NCBI GenBank assembly: GCA_038733315.1
Contig: JAVYPJ010000002.1
Coordinates: forward strand, 192,001 to 256,000
Direction: 5' to 3'
Length of the DNA: 64,000 bases
Origin: Candidatus Aenigmatarchaeota archaeon
Lineage (GTDB): Archaea; Aenigmatarchaeota; Aenigmatarchaeia; CG10238-14; SpSt-28
Shown: positions 47,455-57,373 of the stretch, piece by piece
Position numbering within the stretch: the first letter of the stretch is position 1
How the letters are laid out: the number at the start of each line of letters is the position of its first letter
Made by a program: the position numbers and the translations under genes
Notes under the pieces: generated by a model
What the model was told of the DNA's origin: nothing
Databases searched by the model: none
Seen by the model: the letters and a program-made list of their open reading frames with translations, nothing else

Positions 47455-48730
47455 AATAACTTCTATAGCTTATCTCGCTAACAAAATTTTTTACCATTAG
47501 CTCCTTTAACTTCTCTATATCATTTTCTTGAGCCAATAACCAACCAAGCTTAACATAAGCAACCTCGCTTAGCATATCTTCACAAAAAATAACATTGTTT
47601 AAGCCGCTTAAAATTCTTGTATTAGTATAGACATATGGATGAACCCTACCATATATACATTGAGAAGTAATTGCAAATAGAACTTTATCGTTCTTTTTTA
47701 TATATGGAATCCAAGATTTTTCATTCTTCGTAGCTACATGCCCCAAACCGCTTGCCTCTATTACAATACCTTTAATATCAAAATTATTAACTAAAATATC
47801 AATTATTTCTGGATTAAAATTCGGATAAAATTTTAATAATGCTACCCTTTCTTCAAAAAAGGCTTTTAAAATTGGTTTCTCTTCGCTTCTTTTTCTATAA
47901 TTTTCATTTAAGATTTCTATATTTCCTCCGATATCAATTTTTGCAATTGGTTTCTCATTTATAGATTTAAATGCATCCCTTCTTGTAGTATGCATCTTTC
48001 TAACTCTTGTCCCCCTGTGAAAATAACAAAAATCGTCATTAATAGAAGCGTGCATAACAATGCCAACTTCTGCTATTTCAGATATTGAAGCATAGGCCGA
48101 ACAAATAAAGTTCATTTTAGCATCGCTGCTTGCTCTATCACTACTTCTTTGAGCCCCAGTCAAAACTATTGGTTTATTTAGATTTTGAATAAAAAAACTT
48201 AAAGCTGCGGATGTATAATGCATTGTATCTGTGCCATGAGAAATTATTACTCCACTAATTTCTTTATCCAAAATTTCTTTATATGCAACTTTTGCAATCT
48301 CAATCCAATTTTTTGGCAGCATATCTTCGCTTGCTATATTAAAAAGTAAAATTCCTCTATCTATGTTTACAATATTCTTTAATTCTGGAAAGATGTAAAA
48401 AAGTTCCTCTGGTTTAATTGCTGGACTTACTGCTTGTGTTAAATAATCTATTTTTGAAGCTATCGTTCCCCCAGTATGGATTAATGATACGTTTTTTAAA
48501 TTTTTGTTCTTTTCAATTTCTACCTTTGGAAATTTTCCTATGGATATTTTTTCGTTAAGATTAATAATCTTTGTATTTTCATCTATTTGAATCCCAATAT
48601 TATAGCCATTAGAAAGTTTCAATAAAATGAATTTATCATCATATAATGTTGGTTTCGGAATAACATAACCTTCAACTTCCATATCTTCTCTAACAATTCT
48701 AACTTTCCTTCCTATCTCAAATTCTACCAT
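47444..48730 (-). CDS. gatD: Glu-tRNA(Gln) amidotransferase subunit D
   Basis: KL.NGYNIG, HTGGTIASKIDY, HGTDTMHY, GAQRSSDR, VRKMHT.RRDAF. Confidence 0.97.
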   Translation of the reverse strand: MVEFEIGRKVRIVREDMEVEGYVIPKPTLYDDKFILLKLSNGYNIGIQIDENTKIINLNEKISIGKFPKVEIEKNKNLKNVSLIHTGGTIASKIDYLTQAVSPAIKPEELFYIFPELKNIVNIDRGILLFNIASEDMLPKNWIEIAKVAYKEILDKEISGVIISHGTDTMHYTSAALSFFIQNLNKPIVLTGAQRSSDRASSDAKMNFICSAYASISEIAEVGIVMHASINDDFCYFHRGTRVRKMHTTRRDAFKSINEKPIAKIDIGGNIEILNENYRKRSEEKPILKAFFEERVALLKFYPNFNPEIIDILVNNFDIKGIVIEASGLGHVATKNEKSWIPYIKKNDKVLFAITSQCIYGRVHPYVYTNTRILSGLNNVIFCEDMLSEVAYVKLGWLLAQENDIEKLKELMVKNFVSEISYRSYYED

Positions 48731-48763
48731 TAAAAATTTAAGTTAAGAAAGCATAAAATAATT

Positions 48764-48853
48764 ATGGCAGCTAAGAAAAGCAAGAAAGCAAAAAAGACAA
48801 AAAAAGTTGCCAAGAAGAGGTCTGCTAAGAAAAAAGCAAAAAAGTGCAAGTAG
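48764..48853 (+). CDS. 29-aa Lys/Ala-rich microprotein MAAKKSKKAKKTKKVAKKRSAKKKAKKCK
   Basis: Not in ORF track; ATG to TAG; TTTAAG box about 25 nt upstream; T-tract downstream; divergent from gatD at the spacing typical of this genome. Confidence 0.7.
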   Translation: MAAKKSKKAKKTKKVAKKRSAKKKAKKCK

Positions 48854-48904
48854 GAAAGATATGATTCTCAGTTCTTTTGAAAAGTAGCTTAGGAAGAAAG
48901 CCAA

Positions 48905-48929
48905 TTTCTTTTTTCTCTTTTTATTTTTT
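48905..48929 (+). terminator. Oligo-T terminator candidate downstream of the microprotein
   Basis: TTTCTTTTTTCTCTTTTTATTTTTT. Confidence 0.5.
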
Positions 48930-48975
48930 AAACCCAACTTAAGGTATCTTAGAGTTTTTTTCAGAATTTTTTGAT

Positions 48976-49048
48976 TGCCCCCACCGGGATTCGAACCCGG
49001 GTCTCCGGCTCGAGAGGCCGGTATCCTTGGCCGCTAGACGATGGGGGC
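48976..49048 (-). tRNA. tRNA-Glu(CTC), no intron, CCA not encoded
   Basis: Reverse complement GCCCCCATCGTCTAGCGGCCAAGGATACCGGC-CTCTCGA-GCCGGAGACCCGGGTTCGAATCCCGGTGGGGGCA. Confidence 0.95.
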
Positions 49049-49155
49049 ATGAGCGAGCTATAAAAAATTAAACCTTGTTTTTTAATATTTATAATAGATT
49101 TGCCGAAGGAGCTCTATCATAAGCTACTATAAATTCTCTAGTTTTTTATAATTTT

Positions 49156-49425
49156 ATGATTTTGATTAGATTAATTTTATTTCTTTTGATGATGACCATA
49201 GGATTTATAGTACTAATCTCTGGAACTATCCTTTACTTTACAATCGATGAAAAACAGTCTGGAAAAATAGAGATTTTCGGAATTAGTAAAAAGGTTTGGG
49301 AACATATTCATTCTGAACTTGGTTTTATTCTTGCCGCATTGATATTTATACACTTATATCTTAATAGAAAGATTATTCTTCAATATTTTAGAAACTTAAT
49401 AAGAAATAAATCATATGCAAAATAG
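49156..49425 (+). CDS. DUF4405-like small membrane protein
   Basis: TM ISG.IL, W..IH...G......IHL.LN heme-ligand-like His pattern. Confidence 0.75.
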   Translation: MILIRLILFLLMMTIGFIVLISGTILYFTIDEKQSGKIEIFGISKKVWEHIHSELGFILAALIFIHLYLNRKIILQYFRNLIRNKSYAK

Positions 49426-50050
49426 GAGTTCTTATAAAGAGGTTGTAAGGGTTTTGAAAAGTGTATACGAAGATAAAAAAGAAGAAATTCAAGAAAGATT
49501 AAAGAAGTTCGAGAAGAATAAAAACGCTACAAAAGAAGAAAAATTTATTGAATTGTGTTTTTGTATATTGGTTGCTGGTAATAATTTGAAAAAAACCTTA
49601 GAAATTTGGAAAATAATTGGAAAAGGTTTCCTAAATTTAGGTAAAGATGAGTTAAGTAAAACCCTAAAAAACTTAGGATATAGATTTTATAACATTAGAT
49701 CTAAATACATAGTAGAAAATCGAGAAAAAATTAATTTGTTAGAAGAGTTTAAATGCGATTGTAACTTTAGAAAAATTTTGGTAGAAAATTTTTATGGGAT
49801 TGGATATAAGGAGGCCTCTCATTTTTTAAGAAATATAGGCTGCAATAACTTTGCTATCATTGACAGACACGTCTTGAAATTCTTAAAGAGTTTTAATTTT
49901 ATAAAGGAAGCTCCAAAAAGTTTGAACGAAAAAACTTATATAGAACTAGAAAAAATCCTTGAAAAAATAGCACAAGAAATTGGAATTACGTTGGCAGAGT
50001 TAGATTTCTGTATTTTTTATTATCAAACAAATAGATTTCCGGAGAAATAA
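49415..50050 (+). CDS. ogg: 8-oxoguanine DNA glycosylase/AP lyase (Ogg2 type)
   Basis: EL.FCIL, GYRFYN.R, HhH GIGYKEASHFLRNIG, AIIDRH, C-terminal Lys. Confidence 0.93.
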   Translation: MQNRSSYKEVVRVLKSVYEDKKEEIQERLKKFEKNKNATKEEKFIELCFCILVAGNNLKKTLEIWKIIGKGFLNLGKDELSKTLKNLGYRFYNIRSKYIVENREKINLLEEFKCDCNFRKILVENFYGIGYKEASHFLRNIGCNNFAIIDRHVLKFLKSFNFIKEAPKSLNEKTYIELEKILEKIAQEIGITLAELDFCIFYYQTNRFPEK

Positions 50051-50106
50051 TTACCGATTTTTAACATCTATATCTATTTTAATTGATGTTATTTTCTACT
50101 CGATGT

Positions 50107-52686
50107 TCACTCTATAAAATGCCTGATTTTCAAAAATTCTTTCTCCTTTTCAAAAATTTCCTGAATTAGTTTATCTTCATTTTCGTAAACCTTTTTAATA
50201 TTTAAGATTTTTTTAGCTGTTTCTATTCCAATCCCTTTACCAGCTAAAACTAACGCAGCTTTTTTTCCAAAACTAATGAACAAAGATGCACTTTCATAGA
50301 GTTTTTGATATATCTTTTCTTCTTCCTTAGATAAAGAAAGTCCTTTAATTTTTTTATTGACAATCCTTAAGTTCCTCTCTAAATCTTGCTTAACAATTGA
50401 AATTATTGGAGAATTGCACTTTAAACACTTAGAAAAATTAACATCTTTAACTCTACTTTCAAAGTAATTTCCACAGTTTAAACATATAAAATAAAGTTTT
50501 CTATTTAGCAACCTCTCTTTAACTTTATCTAAGATATTAGCAAAAAGCATAGGAATCTCGCTAAAACTAAAAACCCTTTTTAATAAAAATTCAGAAAACT
50601 TAGAAAAATTCTCTCTAAACTCTATTTTAATATTTTTTAATTCATTTAAAACTTTCTTTGTATTTTCAAAATCAAGCTTTTCGAAAGCTATTTCATTTAA
50701 AACTTCTTTTTCAACTATAGAATTTCTATAAAAATCTACCAATTTTTCAATTTTTGAAAAATTTATTTCTGCATCTTTTGAAATTATTCCGAATCTTTTT
50801 AATATTTGAAAAAATTTATAAAAATATAACTTAGAGTTTCTAATACTTTCAAAAACAAAAGCTTCTATATTATTTCCTAAATTTTCTAAAGCATTTTTAA
50901 AAATTTCATCATTTTTCTTATTTACTCTAAAAATTATTCCATACTGCAATGATTTATAAAAAATCTCTTTAAATTCCTTAGATAGAAAGAACAGCATTGC
51001 ATACATTAATGTTTCGTTAACTCTATTTCCGTATGGTAAATGAAAAATATAATAGAAATATTTTTTATCAAAAACCACCTCTATTTTTTTACCTTCGAAT
51101 AATTCAGATTTTTCGAGCTCTTTAGCAACTTCAAATTCTACCGGAATCAACTCTCCTTCCCAACTCGGTATTATTGCTTCTTCTTCGCTTGGCTCCACAA
51201 ATACTTTTTCCTTTATATCAACAACCTTCCAAGAACTACCTTTAATCAAATAAGATTTTCCTATTTCTAACTCAGTAGCTACAAAATTTTCATCTAAACT
51301 AGCAATAATTTTATTAGATGTTATATCTATAACATCAAATTGTCTAACAGAAGGTATAAAAGATAAGTTTTCTATATAAACCTTTAAACCTTTATTGCTA
51401 GTTTTTATCCATCTATTTTCATCCTCGAATATGAGTTTATGATTTTTTAAAAAGTTTATAACGTCTAAAATATCTTTTTCACTTATATTATCATAAACAT
51501 ACGAACTCCTAATAATTTCTTTTATTTCATCTAAGCTCTTTTTCTCTTTTAAACAAATAGAAAGAATTTGATTAGCTAGAACATCTAAACAGTTTTTCAT
51601 TAATCTTGTTTCTTCCAATCTATTTTTTTTAGCAAATTCAACTAGATTCTTAGATTCCTCAAATTCTAATTCATCACTACAAATTATATAGCCTATTGCC
51701 TTTTTTTCTTCTCTATGCCCACTCCTACCAACTCTCTGAATTAGCTGAATTACTTGTCTAGCACTATTATACTGAATTACTGCATCAACATTTCCTATAT
51801 CTATACCTAATTGTAAACTAGAAGTTGCCACTATAGCTTTTATGTTACCTTTTTTAAACTCTTTTTCAACCTCTACTCTAACATCTTTACTTAGGCTTGA
51901 ATGATGGACCTCGACTTTTTCAAATTTTTTAATATTATAAGCCAAAAATTCTGCCTCCTCTCTTGTATTCGTAAAAATCAATACTTGTCTATAATTTTTT
52001 AAAATTTCTAAAATTTTTTCTATTCTTTTTTCGAAATCCTTCTCTAAGATTACTTTAAATTCATATTCCTTTGGCTTTTCCACTTTAACTATTTCATAAT
52101 TCTTGCAAAAAATTTTTCCCAAATCAAAATTACTAATAGTTGCTGAAACCATTATAGTTTGAAATTCTGCAACTCTTCTCAATCTTTCTAAGCTTATAGA
52201 TAGCTGCACTCCTCTCTTATTATCAGCTATTTCATGTATTTCATCTACTATTACAAACTTTACGTTTTTTAGATATTCTCTTAAGTTTTTAGTTATTAAC
52301 AAAAGCTGAAAAGTTTCTGGAGTGGTAATAAATATGTGTGGTACAAATATTGTTTGTTTTCTTCTTTCGTATCTAGATATATCGCTATGTCTAACAGCAA
52401 TCTCAAGATCCAAATTTCTACAAAAATATGATAACCTTTCTAATAAATCTCTATTTAATGCTCTTAAAGGTGTAATATAGATAATAGAAATAGGTAATGG
52501 GTTTTCTAAGGTTTTACTTAAAGCCGGTAAAAAAGCTGCTTCTGTTTTTCCATAGCCTGTGGGAGCAGATATTAAAACATTCTTTCCTTCTATAATCTTA
52601 GGTATAGCTATTTCTTGAATTTCCGTAGGTTTCTCAAACTTTTCTTTAACTATTTTTTGAATCTCGTCTTTTAACAATTCAAACAT
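50107..52686 (-). CDS. lhr: Lhr-family SF2 helicase with C-terminal Cys4 motif
   Basis: APTGYGKT, ITPLRALNRD, DEIH, SAT, HHSSLS, QRVGRSGH, IPSWEGE, CLNC..CLKC. Confidence 0.93.
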   Translation of the reverse strand: MFELLKDEIQKIVKEKFEKPTEIQEIAIPKIIEGKNVLISAPTGYGKTEAAFLPALSKTLENPLPISIIYITPLRALNRDLLERLSYFCRNLDLEIAVRHSDISRYERRKQTIFVPHIFITTPETFQLLLITKNLREYLKNVKFVIVDEIHEIADNKRGVQLSISLERLRRVAEFQTIMVSATISNFDLGKIFCKNYEIVKVEKPKEYEFKVILEKDFEKRIEKILEILKNYRQVLIFTNTREEAEFLAYNIKKFEKVEVHHSSLSKDVRVEVEKEFKKGNIKAIVATSSLQLGIDIGNVDAVIQYNSARQVIQLIQRVGRSGHREEKKAIGYIICSDELEFEESKNLVEFAKKNRLEETRLMKNCLDVLANQILSICLKEKKSLDEIKEIIRSSYVYDNISEKDILDVINFLKNHKLIFEDENRWIKTSNKGLKVYIENLSFIPSVRQFDVIDITSNKIIASLDENFVATELEIGKSYLIKGSSWKVVDIKEKVFVEPSEEEAIIPSWEGELIPVEFEVAKELEKSELFEGKKIEVVFDKKYFYYIFHLPYGNRVNETLMYAMLFFLSKEFKEIFYKSLQYGIIFRVNKKNDEIFKNALENLGNNIEAFVFESIRNSKLYFYKFFQILKRFGIISKDAEINFSKIEKLVDFYRNSIVEKEVLNEIAFEKLDFENTKKVLNELKNIKIEFRENFSKFSEFLLKRVFSFSEIPMLFANILDKVKERLLNRKLYFICLNCGNYFESRVKDVNFSKCLKCNSPIISIVKQDLERNLRIVNKKIKGLSLSKEEEKIYQKLYESASLFISFGKKAALVLAGKGIGIETAKKILNIKKVYENEDKLIQEIFEKEKEFLKIRHFIE

Positions 52687-52727
52687 AAAAAGTTAAAAAC
52701 TTAAATAGATTTTTTTCTAATTAATTT

Positions 52728-53009
52728 ATGCATCCTTTAGTAAAGGCTTTCGCTGGAATAATAATAGCAATAGCAGGAATATACTACATCTTCCAAGGAA
52801 TACCCTTTCTAGCAATAGGACCAGCAATAGAGCATGTAAAAATAGTTTTAAACGGCATGATACCGCTAATGGCAATATTTCTAGGGGCTTTCATAGCATG
52901 GCTATATTACGATGAATGGAAAATAGAAAATGAGCTAAGAAAAGAGTTAGAAAAAGAAAAGGAAAGTAAAGAAGAAGAGAAGAAAAAAGCTAGAAAGAAA
53001 AAGGAATAG
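52728..53009 (+). CDS. Small membrane protein
   Basis: Two TMs and a charged C-tail; abuts fen1. Confidence 0.7.
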   Translation: MHPLVKAFAGIIIAIAGIYYIFQGIPFLAIGPAIEHVKIVLNGMIPLMAIFLGAFIAWLYYDEWKIENELRKELEKEKESKEEEKKKARKKKE

Positions 53010-54035
53010 ATGGGAGTTAATATAAGAGAACTAGTAGAAGAAGTAAAAAAAGATATAGAGCTTAGTGAGCTGTCTAATAAAATAATAGCGATCGATGCAT
53101 ACAACACCCTTTATCAATTTTTATCTATAATAAGAGATAAAGATACTGGAGAACCACTAAGAGACTCAAAAGGTAGAATTACTTCACATATCTCTGGACT
53201 ATTCTATAGAACAATAAATTTGTTAGAAAATGGAATTAAACCTATATATGTTTTCGATGGAGAGCCACCAAAATTTAAGTTAAAAGAGCTTGAAAGAAGA
53301 CAAAAAGCTAAGGAAGAAGCTTTTAAAAAATGGCAAGAAGCTCTAGAGAGTGGCGAGGAAGCAATAACTTATGCTCAAGCTGCTAGTATATTAACAAAAG
53401 AAATGATAGAGGAATCGAAAGAGTTATTAACGTATATGGGGTTGCCGTATATACAAGCAAAAAGCGAGGGAGAAGCACAAGCTGCCTATTTAGTTGTTAA
53501 AGGTTTTGCTTATGCATCTGCTTCGCAAGATTATGATTCATTATTGTTTGGCTCGCATAGATTAATAAGAAATCTTAATCTTACCGGAAAAAGAAAAGTT
53601 CCAAAAAAGGAAATTTATGTCGAAATTAAGCCAGAATTAATAGAGCTAAATCTTCTTCTTCAAAAATTTAAGATAAGTAGAGAACAGCTAATAATAATAG
53701 GAATAATAGTTGGTTGTGACTATTTTGAAGGTGTAGAGGGCTATGGAATAAAAAGAGCCTTAGATTTAATAAAAACTTTTAAAGATTTCGAAAGGATAAA
53801 AAAACATTTAAACTTGCCAGATGAAGTTGAAGAAATATACAATTTTTTTCTTAATCCGCCCATAGAAGAAAAAATAGAAATTAAATTCTTAGAAATGGAT
53901 AAAGAAAAAATCATAAAATTCATGGTAGAAGAGAGGGATTTTAACGAAGAGAGAGTTATAAACGCTTTACAAAAACTTGAAGAATCTGTCAAAAAATCTA
54001 AGCAAAAGTCCTTAGCTTCTTGGTTTAAAAAATAG
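53010..54035 (+). CDS. fen: Flap endonuclease 1
   Basis: MGV, AIDAYN.LYQFL, TSHISG, VFDG, EGEAQAA, SQDYD, PIP box QKSLASWF. Confidence 0.98.
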   Translation: MGVNIRELVEEVKKDIELSELSNKIIAIDAYNTLYQFLSIIRDKDTGEPLRDSKGRITSHISGLFYRTINLLENGIKPIYVFDGEPPKFKLKELERRQKAKEEAFKKWQEALESGEEAITYAQAASILTKEMIEESKELLTYMGLPYIQAKSEGEAQAAYLVVKGFAYASASQDYDSLLFGSHRLIRNLNLTGKRKVPKKEIYVEIKPELIELNLLLQKFKISREQLIIIGIIVGCDYFEGVEGYGIKRALDLIKTFKDFERIKKHLNLPDEVEEIYNFFLNPPIEEKIEIKFLEMDKEKIIKFMVEERDFNEERVINALQKLEESVKKSKQKSLASWFKK

Positions 54036-54095
54036 TTTATCAATAAAGTTAAACCAAAAAGTATAAATATATATTTAATGATAAATTAATAAATT

Positions 54096-54620
54096 ATGGA
54101 CGAAGAGTTTGAGTTAATGCCATCAACACCTTTAAGAAGGCTTGAGAGAAGGTTAGAGAGACTTGAGATGGAAATGAGTAAAAAAAGTGGAGAAACGTTT
54201 TTAAAAGAAATTGTTGATATCATTAAAGTTAATCAGTTGATTATAGACGAAGTTGTTAAATCCAACGAAGCTTTAAAACTAGAAATATCAAAACTTTATC
54301 CAAAATTAGATTCTTTGGTTGCTCAAATGAGTGAGTTATTGAATTTTATAAGAACATCCACCTATCAAGAAGCTATTGGCTCCGAAGCACTTAGGCCATT
54401 AATAAAGAAGTTGTCAGAAGTATCCGAAGGAATAAAAACCTTAGTAGATGTAAACAGACAAACGGCTGAACAAATAAAGAGTTTAGAAACAAAAATGGAT
54501 AAAAAGTTAACTTCATTATTAACAAGCGAAGAAAAACCAAAAGTTTCTATACCCACAGAATTACAACAAATAAAAATACCATTACAGAAGAAAGAAACAT
54601 TAATACCCTTGAACAAATAA
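54096..54620 (+). CDS. Coiled-coil protein heading the pilus operon
   Basis: EFELMPSTPLRRLERRLERLE followed by heptad repeats. Confidence 0.7.
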   Translation: MDEEFELMPSTPLRRLERRLERLEMEMSKKSGETFLKEIVDIIKVNQLIIDEVVKSNEALKLEISKLYPKLDSLVAQMSELLNFIRTSTYQEAIGSEALRPLIKKLSEVSEGIKTLVDVNRQTAEQIKSLETKMDKKLTSLLTSEEKPKVSIPTELQQIKIPLQKKETLIPLNK

Positions 54621-54627
54621 TTTATTT

Positions 54628-55191
54628 ATGAAAGGTGTTTCAGAAATAATCTCATACATTCTTATAGTATCTCTTGTAGTTTCATTAGTGTCCTTTATCC
54701 TTTCTTGGGGATTGCCATACTTACAGAAGCAACAAGACGAAGTTAAAAATAGTTTAATATTTAACGATTTGTTTAGCGAAAACTCTCCGAACTCTCTTGC
54801 CAATAAGCTAAGAAAAGTTATATTTTCTAAAACTACAGAAAAAGTAGGTGGATATGATGGTAATTGGAATGTTGCACAAAAAAACATAACCTTCTCTTTT
54901 ATTTCAAAGGCATCTCCAGTAAACCCATCACAAGATTGGGTTAGTATATATGGCTGCACTAAAGAAAGTTGTATTTTCCCTATGGAACCATTTTATGAAG
55001 TTAAAGTATCTTCTGAAAGAATCGATAACTATTTTTTAGTTAAATATAGACTTGAACTAAAAAAAATTGTAATAAACGATAAAACTTACGAAATTTTATT
55101 TGAAAACTCCCTAGATTTAAATACAAAACAAATAACAATTTTTTCAAAGATTGATGAATCGAATGGAAAAATTTTATTAGTTGTTAGATGA
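54628..55191 (+). CDS. Type IV pilin-like protein
   Basis: Class III signal MKG/VSEIISYILIV...WGLP. Confidence 0.8.
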   Translation: MKGVSEIISYILIVSLVVSLVSFILSWGLPYLQKQQDEVKNSLIFNDLFSENSPNSLANKLRKVIFSKTTEKVGGYDGNWNVAQKNITFSFISKASPVNPSQDWVSIYGCTKESCIFPMEPFYEVKVSSERIDNYFLVKYRLELKKIVINDKTYEILFENSLDLNTKQITIFSKIDESNGKILLVVR

Positions 55192-55631
55192 AGTTTATTA
55201 AAACTCAAACAGAAATAGTTTCATACGTATTTTTTGTACTAATTGTAATTTCTGCCTCCTCTATCATAATTTATTATTTTTGGTCTATATCAAATAGCAT
55301 TGTAAAAAATGTAAACCGAATAAATCTATACTCTATGCTAAACATTATAGAGTCCCCAATAATAGTTTTGAATTCGGTTTGCTCATTTTGTAGATTTGAA
55401 TATTATTTACAAACAAATTTTATTCAGCCTCAAAGATATATATTCATAGTTATAGGAAATTCAACAACTGGCACAATAAACTATGAAGAAGTATATTCCA
55501 ACTCTATAATCTCTTCAAACTTACTTAATTATACAAGTTTATTTTCAATTAACATTTCAGCATCCACATCTAAAAAAATTAATTTTGAAATCAATAGTAT
55601 AGAAAAAAATATACTAATAGAAAATAGGTAG
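55188..55631 (+). CDS. Pilin-like protein
   Basis: KT/QTEIVSY followed by a hydrophobic helix; several N-x-S/T sequons. Confidence 0.6.
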   Translation: MKFIKTQTEIVSYVFFVLIVISASSIIIYYFWSISNSIVKNVNRINLYSMLNIIESPIIVLNSVCSFCRFEYYLQTNFIQPQRYIFIVIGNSTTGTINYEEVYSNSIISSNLLNYTSLFSINISASTSKKINFEINSIEKNILIENR

Positions 55632-55681
55632 AAAATTATCGTTAAGATTAATATTAAAGTTAAACGTAATAAATTATATTT

Positions 55682-57373
55682 ATGGTAATAGGGAAAAAGT
55701 TATTGCAAGGCGCAAAAATGTACCTTCTCGCCCAAACACCACAATTATATGCTAAAATGCAAGCGAAAATAAAAGCTAAATTAAAAACAAAAGATACATT
55801 AAGAAAAAAACTTAAAATTCATGCAGAAGAAATTAAACTAACTAGATTAACAAAACTATACCCTGGAATAGAAATACCATATTTTTTATCAGAATATTTT
55901 GAAGAGGAATTTAAAAAAGAAGCAGGAATAGAAGAGTATCCAATTGTAGTAAAAGACGGTAAACCAATAGTTATAGCAAGAATAACTTTTGAAAATAGAA
56001 AATATATTTATAACGTTATAGAGCCAGAAATTAACGATAAACTAAAGCAAATATTAAAGGAATTAAAAGACAAAATTTTTTTGTTACTCGGCGAAAAGTT
56101 TGAAATGCCATATGAGCACGAAATTAAAGAGCTTTTTGATAGATTAATAAAAAACTATATTCTATCCAAAGACGATATCGAAACCCTATGGTATTATATA
56201 GAGAGAGATCTAATTGGCTATGGCGTAATAGATGCACTAATGAAAGATCCCAATATAGAAGACATAAGCTGCGATGGGATTTCTATACCGATTTTCATAG
56301 TTCATAAAAATCCGAAACTAGGAAGCATACAAACTAATATAATAATCAATAGCAGAGAAGAGTTAGATTCTTTGGTTATAAGATTATCTCAAAAATGTGG
56401 TAAAACTATAAATTTAGCTCAGCCATTAGTAGATGGAATATTACCAGATGGAAGCAGACTACAAGCTACCTTAGAAACTGATATTTCTATAAGGGGATCT
56501 AACTTTACAATAAGAAAATTTCCAAAAAAAGTTCTAACCCCAATAGATTTGTTGAAATCGAGAACAATAGATATTCTATCCCTTTCTTTTCTTTGGTTTT
56601 GCTTAGATTATGGAAGAAATATTCTGATTTCGGGAGGAACTGGAACCGGAAAAACAACATTGCTTAATGTTATTTCTTCGTTCATAAAACATGAAAAGAA
56701 AATAGTTTCTATTGAAGATACTCCAGAAATTAAATTACCACATACTCATTGGGTTCAACAAGTATCAAGAGTTCCTGTATCTACTGGAAAAGAGGGTGAA
56801 GTCGACTTATTCGAATTATTAAGAGCTGCATTAAGACAAAGACCAGATTATATAATTGTAGGCGAAGTAAGAGGCGCAGAAGCGAGTATTTTGTTCCAAG
56901 GAATGGCAACAGGCCATACTGGATTAGCAACAATCCATGCTGAGGATATGATAAAACTGATAGATAGATTAAAAACTAAGCCAATAGAATTAAGCCCATC
57001 TTTAATAGAAATCCTAGATTTAGTAGTTTTTGTAAGAAGAATTTATTATAAAGATAGGATAGTAAGAAAAGTCTCTAACATTACAGAAATTTTAGCTGCA
57101 GATGAAAAAAAAGTGTATTATAGAGATGTAATAAAATGGGATCCTTTTGACGATAGATTTAAACCAGTTTCAAAAAGCTTTGCTTTATATAAAATTTCTG
57201 AAAATTTTGGGCTTAATGAGAATGAAATAAAGGAAGAAATTATAAAAAGATGTAAAGTCTTGGAGTTTATGTATAAATACGATATAAGAGATTTGGATAG
57301 TTTTTATAGAATAGTTACCCTATATCATCTAGATAAAGACGCGCTTTTGGAATACATTTCTCAATTTACATGA
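55682..57373 (+). CDS. Type IV pilus assembly ATPase (ArlI/TadA-like)
   Basis: DPNIEDISCDG, FTIRKF, GGTGTGKTT, IEDTPE, ALRQRPDYIIVGEVRG, GH...TIHA. Confidence 0.95.
   Translation: MVIGKKLLQGAKMYLLAQTPQLYAKMQAKIKAKLKTKDTLRKKLKIHAEEIKLTRLTKLYPGIEIPYFLSEYFEEEFKKEAGIEEYPIVVKDGKPIVIARITFENRKYIYNVIEPEINDKLKQILKELKDKIFLLLGEKFEMPYEHEIKELFDRLIKNYILSKDDIETLWYYIERDLIGYGVIDALMKDPNIEDISCDGISIPIFIVHKNPKLGSIQTNIIINSREELDSLVIRLSQKCGKTINLAQPLVDGILPDGSRLQATLETDISIRGSNFTIRKFPKKVLTPIDLLKSRTIDILSLSFLWFCLDYGRNILISGGTGTGKTTLLNVISSFIKHEKKIVSIEDTPEIKLPHTHWVQQVSRVPVSTGKEGEVDLFELLRAALRQRPDYIIVGEVRGAEASILFQGMATGHTGLATIHAEDMIKLIDRLKTKPIELSPSLIEILDLVVFVRRIYYKDRIVRKVSNITEILAADEKKVYYRDVIKWDPFDDRFKPVSKSFALYKISENFGLNENEIKEEIIKRCKVLEFMYKYDIRDLDSFYRIVTLYHLDKDALLEYISQFT

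Noticed and set aside
48743..48937. 64-aa minus-strand ORF in the track (MGLKNKK...)
   Set aside because: Phe/Leu-rich antisense shadow of the plus-strand Lys-rich microprotein and T-tract
45067..49048. Possible integrated element at tRNA-Arg or tRNA-Glu
   Set aside because: No duplicated tRNA 3' ends found by eye; the intervening genes (gatDE) are core
50062..50091. TAACATC...GATGTTA inverted repeat between convergent ogg and lhr
   Set aside because: Only 7 bp with a 16-nt loop in AT-rich DNA; compatible with chance
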